Source of the DNA: Octopus bimaculoides
Lineage: Eukaryota
Direction: 5' to 3'
NCBI RefSeq assembly: GCF_001194135.2
Contig: NC_068998.1
Span: forward strand, 37,880,521-37,914,094
Length of the DNA stretch: 33,574 nucleotides
Shown here: positions 10,085-22,450 of the stretch, piece by piece
Numbering within the stretch: position 1 is the first letter of the stretch
Layout: each line of letters begins with the position of its first letter
The notes under the pieces: model-generated
The model's database searches: none
What the model was told of the DNA's origin: nothing
Seen by the model: the letters and a program-made list of their open reading frames with translations, nothing else
Translations under genes and position numbers: made by a program

Positions 10085-10999
10085 NNNNNNNNNNNNNNNN
10101 NNNNNNNNNNNNNNNNNNNNNNNNNNNNNNNNNNNNNNNNNNNNNNNNNNNNNNNNNNNNNNNNNNNNNNNNNNNNNNNNNNNNNNNNNNNNNNNNNNNN
10201 NNNNNNNNNNNNNNNNNNNNNNNNNNNNNNNNNNNNNNNNNNNNNNNNNNNNNNNNNNNNNNNNNNNNNNNNNNNNNNNNNNNNNNNNNNNNNNNNNNNN
10301 NNNNNNNNNNNNNNNNNNNNNNNNNNNNNNNNNNNNNNNNNNNNNNNNNNNNNNNNNNNNNNNNNNNNNNNNNNNNNNNNNNNNNNNNNNNNNNNNNNNN
10401 NNNNNNNNNNNNNNNNNNNNNNNNNNNNNNNNNNNNNNNNNNNNNNNNNNNNNNNNNNNNNNNNNNNNNNNNNNNNNNNNNNNNNNNNNNNNNNNNNNNN
10501 NNNNNNNNNNNNNNNNNNNNNNNNNNNNNNNNNNNNNNNNNNNNNNNNNNNNNNNNNNNNNNNNNNNNNNNNNNNNNNNNNNNNNNNNNNNNNNNNNNNN
10601 NNNNNNNNNNNNNNNNNNNNNNNNNNNNNNNNNNNNNNNNNNNNNNNNNNNNNNNNNNNNNNNNNNNNNNNNNNNNNNNNNNNNNNNNNNNNNNNNNNNN
10701 NNNNNNNNNNNNNNNNNNNNNNNNNNNNNNNNNNNNNNNNNNNNNNNNNNNNNNNNNNNNNNNNNNNNNNNNNNNNNNNNNNNNNNNNNNNNNNNNNNNN
10801 NNNNNNNNNNNNNNNNNNNNNNNNNNNNNNNNNNNNNNNNNNNNNNNNNNNNNNNNNNNNNNNNNNNNNNNNNNNNNNNNNNNNNNNNNNNNNNNNNNNN
10901 NNNNNNNNNNNNNNNNNNNNNNNNNNNNNNNNNNNNNNNNNNNNNNNNNNNNNNNNNNNNNNNTATATATATATTATATGTATTGTAGGCATCCTTTTG

Positions 11000-11400
11000 T
11001 CTCGGGAGACAATGACAATGGAGTTGCGCGTAAACTAATCCAGTCTGGTTTTTACATTTCATGTCCTCTCCAATTTCCTCTCCAATTTTGCGCAGGCCTG
11101 GGCTAGATGTAAGAAAATCAGGATTCCTCTCTCGACCTTGCTGACGTAGTCCAAAGGAGTGCAGAGCATTACGTTTAGCACCAGCTTGGTTGCAGGTGCT
11201 GCCGGAAGAGTGTCGAGTCGAACACTAAACCGCCTACGGGGATCCACTCCAGATTTCTTTGAAGGTTGTCTCCTTTCTGTAACCCTGGATAGGGGCCCAT
11301 ACCGGATACTGTCAACCGGAGTCAGCTGAGCCCGGGACTCGTTTCAGGCAGGATCGTCACTCCCTGAAGTAGTGAAGAAGATCGCTACCCACCACCTCCC
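11000..11400 (-). mobile_element. Probable 5' non-coding region of an RTE-type LINE
   Basis: A more GC-rich island. Minus-strand segments CTGGAGTGGATCCCCGTAGGCGGTT and CCAAGCTGGTGCTAAACGT resemble RTE 5' regions as I recall them. No protein-level support. Confidence 0.35.
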
Positions 11401-11550
11401 GTATATATGTATATATATGTATATATATATATGTGTGTGTGTATGTGAGTATGTATGTATGTATGTATGTATGTATGCATGTATGTATCTATGTATGCAT
11501 GTATGTATGCATGTATGTATACATGTATGTATGTATAGTTGATGTAATCA

Positions 11551-11680
11551 ACTTGGCTAATACTTTATTTTATCAACACCGGAAGGATAAGAAACAAAGT
11601 TAGCTTCTGTGGGATTTCAACTCGGAATAATAGCGCAAAACATTTTCTTCGACTCACTAACAATCATGCCAACTACGCCC
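11551..11680 (-). mobile_element. SINE family A, diverged 5' part
   Basis: TTATTTTATCAACACCGGAAGGAT...GGGATTTCAACTCGGAA...CTAACAATCATGCCAACTACGCC follows the family order. Confidence 0.6.
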
Positions 11681-11708
11681 TTGGTAGCAACAACATACAA
11701 TGATAAGG

Positions 11709-11845
11709 ATTTCAAATTTTGGCACAAGGCCAGCAATTTCGGGGATGGTGTGAAGTCGATTACATCGGCTCCAATGTTCAAATGGAGTCGATCATGGCGG
11801 AATTTAAACTCAGAACATGATGACAGACGAAATGCCACTAAGCGG
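11709..11845 (-). mobile_element. SINE family A copy with internal deletion
   Basis: TTTCAAATTTTGGCACAAGGCCAGCAATTT...AAGTCGATTACATCG...GGCGGAATTTAAACTCAGAAC...GACGAAATGCCACTAAGC; the central GATAAAATAAGTACC segment is missing. Confidence 0.8.
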
Positions 11846-12924
11846 TGCTTTATTGTACTATCGTTAAAGTTTCTGGGTTGGTGTGGAATAAATACAGCCT
11901 GTCTTTTCCTCTGTTTTCAATATTAGGCATATCGTTCCTGGATTTCTTTCTTGACTAATGAATACTAAGTTATTCTATACATCGGCTAAGTTTTCCTGCT
12001 AAGTTTTACTGCAATTGCTTTCTCAGGGACATGTGGAAAGCCTCTGTTTCCTTTGAGATGCAGAAATAAGTTATTTCCCTTTTCCTCGGTGTCGGATAAT
12101 AGACTCGAATTATTAATGTATTTGTCTTTGTTACGAACCACTGCCAGGCAGACGTTTTTCTTTACCAAATAATTTATGTCAAGGGCTATCTTTTTGAGAT
12201 AGCTCCGACGAAAGAAATGATTTCCCCGCTGCTCGAATTGTCCATTCATGCCTTCGATTGACAAAACCTATGTGTGTGTGTGTGTATGTGTTATTGCCGC
12301 TAGGGAAACAGAATGGTTGTGTGTGCACGCGCTGCTGTTGCCGTTTGTGCAGTATCGTTACTAATGACTATTTCAATGTTTGTTTTTTCTTCAAATAAAT
12401 TATCTTTTTCCCCCTGTTATAGTTTACATTTTTCTATGCGATTAAATTGCCTCTTTTCTTTCCGTTTTCTTCTTATTTGCTCTCTACGCTGTTATATTCA
12501 ATTGGAATTTCTTGGTGGGCATTTATTTGTCTATCGTGTGGTAGCCATTTTGCTGGGTTAAATGTAAACACAAAAATTAATGTTTAAAAAGTCTGAAAAA
12601 TTACCAAACATTACCAAATATCCTGATATATTCCAGAAGGCTTCTCTAGCGGAGATATTAAAAAGAAATGATTTTTTTTCTTTTCTTTTCGTTTCCTTTC
12701 AATTATATCAGTGTAAAATAACAAAATCTACAGGGCGACAAAATGGCACGTCTTTCTACGTCTGATACATTAATAATAACAACAACAACAACGACAGGAA
12801 TAATGACAATAATTCTTATAGTCACATTTCAGCAGATTTATAGGGAAATAAGAAAGCTAATTAAATAAACTTTTAGTGTATTACTGATAGTATTTTGATT
12901 AACCTTTTTACAATTTTAATGTTT

Positions 12925-13798
12925 ATGATGATCATGATTGGAGGCGGTTATGATGGTGATGGTGATGATGGTGGTACGTATTAGGATCATGATGATAACG
13001 GCGATGGTGAAGATCATCATCATCATCATCATCATGGTAACGATGATATGATGTTAGAAGTGATGGCTGTAGTCATTGTCGTCATTGTCATCGTGGGCAA
13101 CACGGTAGTAGTCATGATGGTGATGGTGGTGATGGTTGGTGGTTGTGGCGGTGGCGGTGGTGGTGGTGGTGGTGGCGGCGGTTTCAGTGTTGGTGGTGAC
13201 GGCGCTGGAAATAGTAGTGGCGGTGATGCTGATGATGATGATCGTGATGATCATGGTCATGATCATGATNNNNNNNNNNNNNNNNNNNNNNNNNNNNNNN
13301 NNNNNNNNNNNNNNNNNNNNNNNNNNNNNNNNNNNNNNNNNNNNNNNNNNNNNNNNNNNNNNNNNNNNNNNNNNNNNNNNNNNNNNNNNNNNNNNNNNNN
13401 NNNNNNNNNNNNNNNNNNNNNNNNNNNNNNNNNNNNNNNNNNNNNNNNNNNNNNNNNNNNNNNNNNNNNNNNNNNNNNNNNNNNNNNNNNNNNNNNNNNN
13501 NNNNNNGGTGGTGATGGTGATAGTGGTGGTATGAATGATGATGATGATAGTGGTGGTGGTGGTGATGGTGGTGATGATGATAGTGGTGATGGTGGAGGTG
13601 GTGGTAGTGGTAGTGGTTGTGGTGGTGGTGGTGGTGATGGTGATGGTGATAGTGGTGATGGTGGAGGTGGTGGTAATGGTAGTGGTGGTGGTGGTGGTGG
13701 TGGTGGTGGTGGTGATGGTGATAGTGGTGGTATGAATGATGATGATGATGATAGTGGTGGTGGTGGTGGCGGTGGTGGTGATGCTGATGATGATGATT
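12925..13798. repeat. Degenerate (GGT/GAT)n trinucleotide block
   Basis: Directly visible, with a gap at about 13270-13506 and an internally repeated GGTGGTGATGGTGATAGTGGTGGTATGAATGATGATGATGAT. Confidence 0.9.
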
Positions 13799-13893
13799 TC
13801 TTTAATTACCAAAAGGCCACAAACCACTGTCACAGCATAGAAATAATAAACCATACAAAATGACATAGCAACAAGGAATGACCTAAAAAGCAA

Positions 13894-13938
<45 letters not shown>

Positions 13939-14231
13939 CGCATTCACACGCTATATATATATATAGACGCACTAAAGATGCACATTGCGCATATATATAA
14001 ACACATACACAAACACACATAAAAACACGCACACAACAGATTCAAACACTCCGTATACACATGCTAAACGTACACATTATACACACACACGCACACACAC
14101 ACACACACACAAACGTATACTCAAACAAACATACATACAACTGTTTTATAACCGCAACACATATACACACGTCGTGTGATATACTCATGAATATGTACAT
14201 ATGTGCTTAAACACATGAATACGCATGCATG

Positions 14232-14277
<46 letters not shown>

Positions 14278-15540
14278 NNNNNNNNNNNNNNNNNNNNNNN
14301 NNNNNNNNNNNNNNNNNNNNNNNNNNNNNNNNNNNNNNNNNNNNNNNNNNNNNNNNNNNNNNNNNNNNNNNNNNNNNNNNNNNNNNNNNNNNNNNNNNNN
14401 NNNNNNNNNNNNNNNNNNNNNNNNNNNNNNNNNNNNNNNNNNNNNNNNNNNNNNNNNNNNNNNNNNNNNNNNNNNNNNNNNNNNNNNNNNNNNNNNNNNN
14501 NNNNNNNNNNNNNNNNNNNNNNNNNNNNNNNNNNNNNNNNNNNNNNNNNNNNNNNNNNNNNNNNNNNNNNNNNNNNNNNNNNNNNNNNNNNNNNNNNNNN
14601 NNNNNNNNNNNNNNNNNNNNNNNNNNNNNNNNNNNNNNNNNNNNNNNNNNNNNNNNNNNNNNNNNNNNNNNNNNNNNNNNNNNNNNNNNNNNNNNNNNNN
14701 NNNCTGAAGAACGATAATAAGACAGGAAGAGAAGTTAACTCCAGCTGGGAATGGAAATCAGACTACTGACTTAATTGACTGCAATCCCACACCTACCACT
14801 CCATCCACCTACCAACCGCCCCCACCACCACCACCACCACCGCCACACCCGAAACCCCCGCCACCGCCACACCCGTCACCGTCATTACGGTTGTAATGAT
14901 ATGTTAACGAGTTGATTCTTCAGTAAATTGTTGTAATCAACCGATGCCCTTTGGAAGATTGGATCTTCAGCAAATCTGACTAGCTTTATGGTTTTCCTCA
15001 TCACAAATCAATTAACGAAAAAATGATTGCATTTTTAATGAAAATACAATTTTTATAACGTTATTATTATCATTATTGTTATTGTTGTTTATTTTTATTT
15101 CTATTTTTATTTCTATTTCGTTTCATAGTTTGTCTTCATTATCATTTGCCACCATCGTTTGCATCGTCGTCAACGTTAACAATAACAACAACAATGACTT
15201 GTTGGTCGAACCAACGTTTCTGTATGCGCATGCGTGAAGATGTGAGGGAGAGGGGAAAGTGAGAGAGAGAGAGAGAGAGAGAGAGTGAATCGTTTTGTCT
15301 TTTCCCTAATGCTTCTTTTGTTTTGTTTTTTTGCACGTATGCATATTGTCTTTCGTAAATGAAGGTTTGTGTATGTATGTATGTATGTACAGATGTATGC
15401 ATGTGTTTGTGTGAGTGTGTACATCCACGTGTATGTATATGTGTGTGTGTGCGCGTGTGTTTGCATCGGTGATTATACCCTGTTCATGTGTCTCAATGTA
15501 TTTTAGCTTAAAAATCATTTTCTTTATGAACACCACTGAC

Positions 15541-15988
15541 GAAAGGTAATATTTATTCTCACTTAAATGTGGATGCGCAGTTAGAACACACTATACTGCG
15601 GTAGTTACCATGAGGGAAACTCCCACAGTGGCTTTCGGTGCAAAATGCACTCGTTTATATCGTTAGCGGGAAGATAAATCCCTGCTGTCTCCAGCACCGA
15701 GTCCACCAGATCACGTAATTTCGACCTTTCTTGGTCTTGTCAATAATGGATGCTCGACCGCTAGAGATAGCAACGACTGATGTCGTGATTAATCATTGAG
15801 CTTGTTGAAAAATATATATAAGCGACAGAGGCAGTATTAATACGAAGAGGTGATATTATCCCCCACTTAAACAAGGATGTTCTGTTGGAACAAACTATAC
15901 AGCGGTAGATACCACGAGAGAAAGTCTGGTATTGGCTTTTGGTGCATATAAACACTCTTGTCTACAGCGCTAGCGAGGCGATGAAATT
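15541..15988. repeat. Diverged direct repeat, about 140 bp, period about 304 bp
   Basis: 15541-15679 aligns with 15844-15988 through colinear anchors CACTTAAA (15560/15864), GGATG, GAACA, ACTATAC, GCGGTAG, TACCA, TGGCTTT, GGTGCA and CACTC. Confidence 0.8.
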
Positions 15989-16281
15989 GCAATAATAACT
16001 ATCGTTTAAAAATTCTCTTCTATTCCCAAAACCAAAACCAATATTGAAACTACATCAAGCATCACAAACTCAACCAACTTAATCATAATCACAACCAACA
16101 TCACAATCATAGCAAGACCCACAATCACTTCCACCATTGAAAACATTACATGTCCTCATTACATGCTCTAGCATCGGTGGTATGTCTACAGTCATGTTAT
16201 TCTCAACGCCCTACTCTACCATGATTCAACGGTACCACTCTAGTCTACGGTCTACCTGGCCACTTATACTTTAGTGTGCAG

Positions 16282-16500
16282 TCTAACCCTAACCCTAATC
16301 CAAACCCTCACCCTAACCCTAACCTTAAATCCTAACCCTGACCCTAAACCATGACCGTAACTCTAGCCCTAAGTGCTAACCCTAACTTTAATGCGAAAAC
16401 CTGAGCTTAACCCGAAACCATGACCCTAAACCATGACCCTAAACCCTAAATCCTAACCCTAACCTTAAATCCTAACTCTAACCTCTAACCCTAAACCTTA
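16282..16500 (+). repeat. Degenerate interstitial telomere-like array (CCCTAA)n
   Basis: About 220 bp of CCCTAA mixed with CCCTAAA, CCTTAAA, CCATGA and CTCTAA variants. Confidence 0.85.
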
Positions 16501-17042
16501 ATACCAACAAGAATTCTCGCTAAGCTGGAACAAAACCAAGCTGTAACATAAAACAAGTGTCAGAAGAGTGAAAGAATAGTAAAGTGAAAGAATAGTAAAT
16601 TTAAGACGCGGCACAGAAAAAATTGAACATAAAGATTGCTTGTTCGCAGCTGGGAATAACTCCAAATGAGAGTGGAAAAGAGTCTCAAGAAACTAGAATT
16701 CTCATAGAATTTCTCCGAAACTGATATGCCATTAAGGAAAAGAAAACTTGATTGTCGAAAGACAAGAAGACAGCTGTTCACGCGTGTTTTTGCCTCAATA
16801 GGCGTCATCGGCACAGGAATTGTCTTAGCTTATCTTCAGCAGACGACACATTTAGACGTATACTGAAAAATCGACCAGATCACATTTAAGGCCAAGGTTA
16901 TCTGCATGAATGAAACGAAAATGAGCTGAGAAAAATAATTTAGGGTGGTTAGAGGACATGTAGTTAGATAATCTAATACGAAGAACGTATTAGATTATAT
17001 GGACGGTAAATTCTTGATTTATTAAGATTATCTTCGCTTCTG

Positions 17043-17122
<80 letters not shown>

Positions 17123-17132
17123 CAGATATATG

Positions 17133-17174
<42 letters not shown>

Positions 17175-17301
17175 CAGACAGACGGACGGACGGACGGACG
17201 GACGGACAGATAATTCGTCTAAAGCTTGTACCACTTACATAGAGTATACTCTGTTACGCATTATTTATTTTAGTACATCAATTGAGACACTCAGCTAGAC
17301 C

Positions 17302-17374
<73 letters not shown>

Positions 17375-17400
17375 TAGATAGATAGATAGATAGATAGCTA
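17043..17400. repeat. (GATA)n/(GACA)n/(GGAC)n microsatellites
   Basis: Two tracts at about 17043-17212 and 17300-17400; a third follows at about 17745-17920. Confidence 0.95.
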
Positions 17401-17527
17401 GATATCTTTTTATTATAGCCACACAGGGCTAAATACAGAAAATNNNNNNNNNNNNNNNNNNNNNNNNNNNNNNNNNNNNNNNNNNNNNNNNNNNNNNNNN
17501 NNNNNNNNNNNNNNNNNNNNNNNNNNN

Positions 17528-17745
17528 AAGTACCTTCTCTCTTTTTGTCTCTTTTTGTTACAAGTCTATGCTTAAAATGGTGTCGTCTTTCATTCTTACC
17601 ATTCTTGCCACATTTAGCCATTTTTTATTGAAACTTTCATTCGACAACACTTTCCTCTCTATCCTCATCCTCCTTTTCAAGTGATACTTGAAAAAGTTGA
17701 CGAGGGACTGACCAGAGAGGAAAGTGTTTGTTTGTAGACCTAACA
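17528..17745 (-). mobile_element. 3' end of a Tx1/L1-like LINE ORF2
   Basis: Open minus-strand frame GLQTNTFLSGQSLVNFFKYHLKRRMRIERKVLSNESFNKKWLNVARMVRMKDDTILSIDL*, resembling Tx1-group C-termini (F...L..KIR.ER..L....F.KRW). It is 5'-truncated against a (GATA)n tract. Confidence 0.6.
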
Positions 17746-17750
17746 GACAG

Positions 17751-17789
<39 letters not shown>

Positions 17790-18150
17790 CAGATAGACAG
17801 ACAGACAGACAGACAGACAAACCGACAGAGGGTGGATGGATAGCTAGATAGATAGATAGTTAGATAGATAGGCAGGCAGGCAGATAGACTGGCAGGCAGA
17901 CCGGCTGACAGCCAAACAGACGACACTTAGACAAAATGTACACAGGGACAAAAAGAGAAGGAGAGGTGGAGAAAGACGGTGAGAGAAGGGGAAAGAGGGA
18001 GAAAGATGGGGAAAGAGGAAGAGAGAGAGATGAAAGAGAGGAGAGAAGGGAGATGGTTGAGGCGAAGAACTAGAATTATCTATTCTGTAGATAATGAATG
18101 AACCCGGAAGCACAGCCACGCCTCATACCTTTCTCTCTCTCTCTCTTTCC

Positions 18151-18195
<45 letters not shown>

Positions 18196-18196
<1 letters not shown>

Positions 18197-18662
18197 GAAG
18201 TCGATTTCCTTTGGTGCTTCCCTATACCGGAATTTGTGCTCATATGATTCCTATCATAAACGTAACGAAAAACTCATGTATACACATAAACATTGCTGTC
18301 ACACAACTCCTATTTGTTCGAAAGTTTTATGACCAATATCAGAAATAGGTTATCTAATCTCTCCTCTTCTAAGGAAATATTTGATAAAGCAACACCCTAT
18401 TATAATAATCCCCTGGCTAACAGCGACTTGAAAGAAAAGATGCCTTGCAAGCCTGTGATTAAAAATATGAAATGTAAATGAAGACCCAGGATAATAATAT
18501 GGTCCCCGACGTTTTATTCACTGAATGTTAAGACTAATGCGGGTAGAAAATTGTTGGATTTAATTAAAAAAAAAAAAAAAGAGGCATTTCCCGTTTAACC
18601 ATAGATACAGGAACATTTTTAATAAATGTTGAGTGAAAGTTTTATACAGCCGCTGCCTCAAC
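18196..18662 (+). mobile_element. Penelope-like element (PLE) ORF remnant, RT thumb/linker
   Basis: Frames give EVDFL, HKRNEKLMYTHKH, RNRLSNLSSSKEIFDKATPYYNNPLA, RIIIWSP, SLNVKTNAGRKLLDLI, RHFPFNHRYRNIFNK and VKVLYS. These match PLE motifs VDFLD / YRKPN / RLS.ISS..EIF.KA.P.Y..AL / IIWFNPPYS.NVKTNIG..FL.LI.KHFP..H.L.KIFN...VK.SYSC in order. Confidence 0.85.
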
Positions 18663-18760
18663 TAGGAGAGCAGTGACTCCGAATAAGAATACACTCGGAA
18701 CTTGAGGATACGTCCAACTCATTCCAGTAGGGAAAACTGATGTAAAGTATTATAAATAAT

Positions 18761-18793
<33 letters not shown>

Positions 18794-19338
18794 TACATAT
18801 GTGTGTGTGCCTCGGTATGTGTGTGTATGTGAGTGTGTATTTGTGTATGCATGCATATGATACACTCACACACACACACACACACACACATACATACATA
18901 TATATATATATGTATATATATATGGAGAGAAGTGTATTCCCACGCAAGAAAAATATAGGAGAATTTCAAAATATGTAGTCGTTTTTAAATTTTGTAATAG
19001 AACACGCGCTCATGCACGCATGCACGCACGCTTACACACATACATGCACACATATTCACAAACACACACACACACGCGCGTTAATATCGGACAGTGAGAA
19101 TGAGTGCTCAAAACTGCATTGATGGATAAAAATTCTCTATTTGTGGTTGAACAAGGTTACCGGTAATTTCATTGTAAAGAGATTCTTTACAATTGTTCAA
19201 ACGTAACATTTAGGAATGTTCGTACTCGTCTCCATGTTGTACGCTTGAGAAATTTTAAAGAATGTTTTTGCATGAAACCATTGGCAGCCCTGATAACCCT
19301 CAAATAAAAACAGGATATATATATATGTATGCAGGTAT

Positions 19339-19387
<49 letters not shown>

Positions 19388-20408
19388 ATATATGTATGTA
19401 TGTATATATATATGTGTGTATGTGTGTGTGTGTGTATTTATGTATGTATGTATACATACATACACATATACATTAATTCATCGCATAAATGATGCATGTG
19501 CACATTGCACGAACCCAAATTTCGGCAGCGTATATTCGAGCAAAATACATTTTTAGTACGTTAAAGCTTATAAGGGATCCAACTTCGCATATTGATTCTG
19601 AGGTGATATTCTTTTGAGACCTACAGATATTTATTTTTCTTTTCCTTTGAAAAAGAATATATATGCAATCAAATACAGGATATCGTTTTTAAGTTGCTAC
19701 AATAACATTAAAGTTGTCGATACAAAGTTATATTAGAAGTGTGTAAAGTCTTACATATGTTAATTTATTTGAAACAAACATTATTACATAAACCTAAAGT
19801 GCAGGTTCATTTTGCTGTTCGATTATACAGTTTAGTAGGCTTAAAAGTAATAAAGTAACAAGATGGCGCTTTTGCTATTTTTAAACCTTATGACCAGCCG
19901 ACCGAAGCTTTGCTTTGAGTTATGCCATTCCTTATTCATCTGACACAAATAAATATTCCACACACATGCACATAATGTATATATATATAAATATATATGC
20001 ACATACAAAGAGAGAGGTAGCGGTTGTGTTCATGTAGAAAAAACGTAAGTATTCGATGCAGCTTCATGTTCGATACTTGTTTATATATATATATACAGAG
20101 AGATAGAGAGAGAGAGGGGGAGGGAGAGAGGGGGAGGGTGAGAGAGAGAGAGATGAATATATACGTTTGCATGTGTAAGTTTTATGGTGATTTGTAAGTA
20201 CTGACATTTAAAAGCTTTTAATGTGAATGCGGGCGCGCGTAAGTATGTTGTGTGTATCAGTGTTATATCTGTGCATAGAGATATATGTATATTCACTTAT
20301 TGTGGAAAAAATATGTTAGAAAAAGCAGGATGTAAAATATATGCAAGTTTACATATATATATATATATATTATTTACAAAAACAACATATATATACATAC
20401 ATATGTAA

Positions 20409-20448
<40 letters not shown>

Positions 20449-20624
20449 GTATATATATATATAGGTATATATATATGTGTGTGTATGTACAACTATATAT
20501 ACACACACGTTTGTATGTGTGTATATATATATAAATACGTGTTGCGTGGGAGGCATACCTGTGTGTGTATGTGAGCGTGTGGGGGAGTGTATGTGTGTGG
20601 CTCTGTGTGTGTGCGTGTGTGTGT

Positions 20625-20667
<43 letters not shown>

Positions 20668-21715
20668 NNNNNNNNNNNNNNNNNNNNNNNNNNNNNNNNN
20701 NNNNNNNNNNNNNNNNNNNNNNNNNNNNNNNNNNNNNNNNNNNNNNNNNNNNNNNNNNNNNNNNNNNNNNNNNNNNNNNNNNNNNNNNNNNNNNNNNNNN
20801 NNNNNNNNNNNNNNNNNNNNNNNNNNNNNNNNNNNNNNNNNNNNNNNNNNNNNNNNNNNNNNNNNNNNNNNNNNNNNNNNNNNNNNNNNNNNNNNNNNNN
20901 NNNNNNNNNNNNNNNNNNNNNNNNNNNNNNNNNNNNNNNNNNNNNNNNNNNNNNNNNNNNNNNNNNNNNNNNNNNNNNNNNNNNNNNNNNNNNNNNNNNN
21001 NNNNNNNNNNNNNNNNNNNNNNNNNNNNNNNNNNNNNNNNNNNNNNNNNNNNNNNNNNNNNNNNNNNNNNNNNNNNNNNNNNNNNNNNNNNNNNNNNNNN
21101 NNNNNNNNNNNNNNNNNNNNNNNNNNNNNNNNNNNNNNNNNNNNNNNNNNNNNNNNNNNNNNNNNNNNNNNNNNNNNNNNNNNNNNNNNNNNNNNNNNNN
21201 NNNNNNNNNNNNNNNNNNNNNNNNNNNNNNNNNNNNNNNNNNNNNNNNNNNNNNNNNNNNNNNNNNNNNNNNNNNNNNNNNNNNNNNNNNNNNNNNNNNN
21301 NNNNNNNNNNNNNNNNNNNNNNNNNNNNNNNNNNNNNNNNNNNNNNNNNNNNNNNNNNNNNNNNNNNNNNNNNNNNNNNNNNNNNNNNNNNNNNNNTATA
21401 TATATATGAAAATATATATGTGTATTGTATAGAGACTATGTTGTATTTTTGTGTGCAACTAGATTTTTTAACTCAGGATGTAGCTTCTGTATATGGTATG
21501 TTTATGCACATGCTGTATTTATAATGGGTATAATTTATATTTACGCGTATATAATGTGTATTGCGTATGAATATGTTGTATGAACGTTGTATGCAGTTTA
21601 TGTGTACGTATATACATAGTTAATGTATATCTTCTGTATACATTATATGTTTAATGTAGGTATTTTATATTTGTATATAAAATTACTTGTGTATGTGTTA
21701 TACTGTATATCTTTT

Positions 21716-21718
<3 letters not shown>

Positions 21719-21775
<57 letters not shown>
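21719..21775. repeat. (TA)n microsatellite
   Basis: Pure TA run. Many other TA/TG tracts lie in 18750-21800 and 32280-32700. Confidence 0.95.
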
Positions 21776-21777
<2 letters not shown>

Positions 21778-22129
21778 AATACACACAACTGATATATAGA
21801 GAGTGTGTGCAGTTAGAATTTTAGTTTGGGTTCTATATATAACTTGGAAACAGGCACAGTCATATGTGCGTGGCCAAGACATTTGCTTCACAACCACAAG
21901 GTTTTGGATTCAGTCCTGCAGCATGCATATATATGTATATATGTGTGTGTGTGTGGGGGTGTATGTATGTATGTATGTATGTATGTATGTATATAAAACA
22001 ATACTGGTACATTCACTACTTATAATAAACTGCTTAGATATATATTTTAATCAATATATAGTTAGCATGTAAAGAATAAAAAGTTTAGAATGGTTATAAC
22101 AATGCATTATAGAACAAAAAATGGACTAT

Positions 22130-22450
22130 ATACCTTTTGTAACTTGGTTATCTATAGTTAGCATGTTCTTTTACCTCAGTACTCCTTTATTAAATACCAG
22201 TATATACCAATTGATCAATATTCACAGATACCATCTGATAAGTTAGTATTTGAGTATATATTATGTATAGATATTAAACTATTTCTAGATAATTTCTTTT
22301 CGTCCCTCTATTGTAGTAAAAGTTTGGTATATACTCAAAAGTATTCAAAAACCTTTTTATCCTTTTGTCGGGCAAACGAATAAATATATGTAAATAATAT
22401 TTCTTCCTTCTTGGTGTTGATTCTTCGATGGTATTCTTCGATGGTATTGA
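22130..22450 (-). mobile_element. Possible very decayed PLE GIY-YIG endonuclease fragment
   Basis: Minus-strand frames give HIFIRLPDKRIKRFL and YQMVSVNIDQLVYTGI**RSTEVKEH, loosely like VVY.I.C..CDQVYIG.T.R.L..R.KEH. The match is weak. Confidence 0.3.

Noticed and set aside
10043-11062. Long ORFs spanning N runs (also near 5169, 14203, 20477, 24552, 29487, 30683 and 32671)
   Set aside because: They are artefacts of translating gaps as X.
11986-12264. 92-aa minus-strand ORF, and the 107-aa ORF at 8333-8656
   Set aside because: They have no recognisable domain, and their lengths are within chance expectation.
15761-15955. KSQYQTFSRGIY resembles the Helitron/PIF1 helicase motif KSQGQTF
   Set aside because: The paralogous copy at 15541-15679 reads ESHCGSFPHGNY in the same frame and no other helicase motif is nearby, so it is likely chance.
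16600-16930. Gag-like or telomere-targeting retroelement next to the CCCTAA array
   Set aside because: Only a vague Cys/His cluster with several stops is present, and no recognisable motif.
18666-18750. Expected PLE terminal hammerhead after the ORF remnant, with a small TCCGA/TCGGA hairpin
   Set aside because: Neither CTGANGA nor GAAAC is present in a usable arrangement.
19858-19870. CAAGATGGCG YY1-like motif
   Set aside because: A single short motif with no promoter context or nearby gene.
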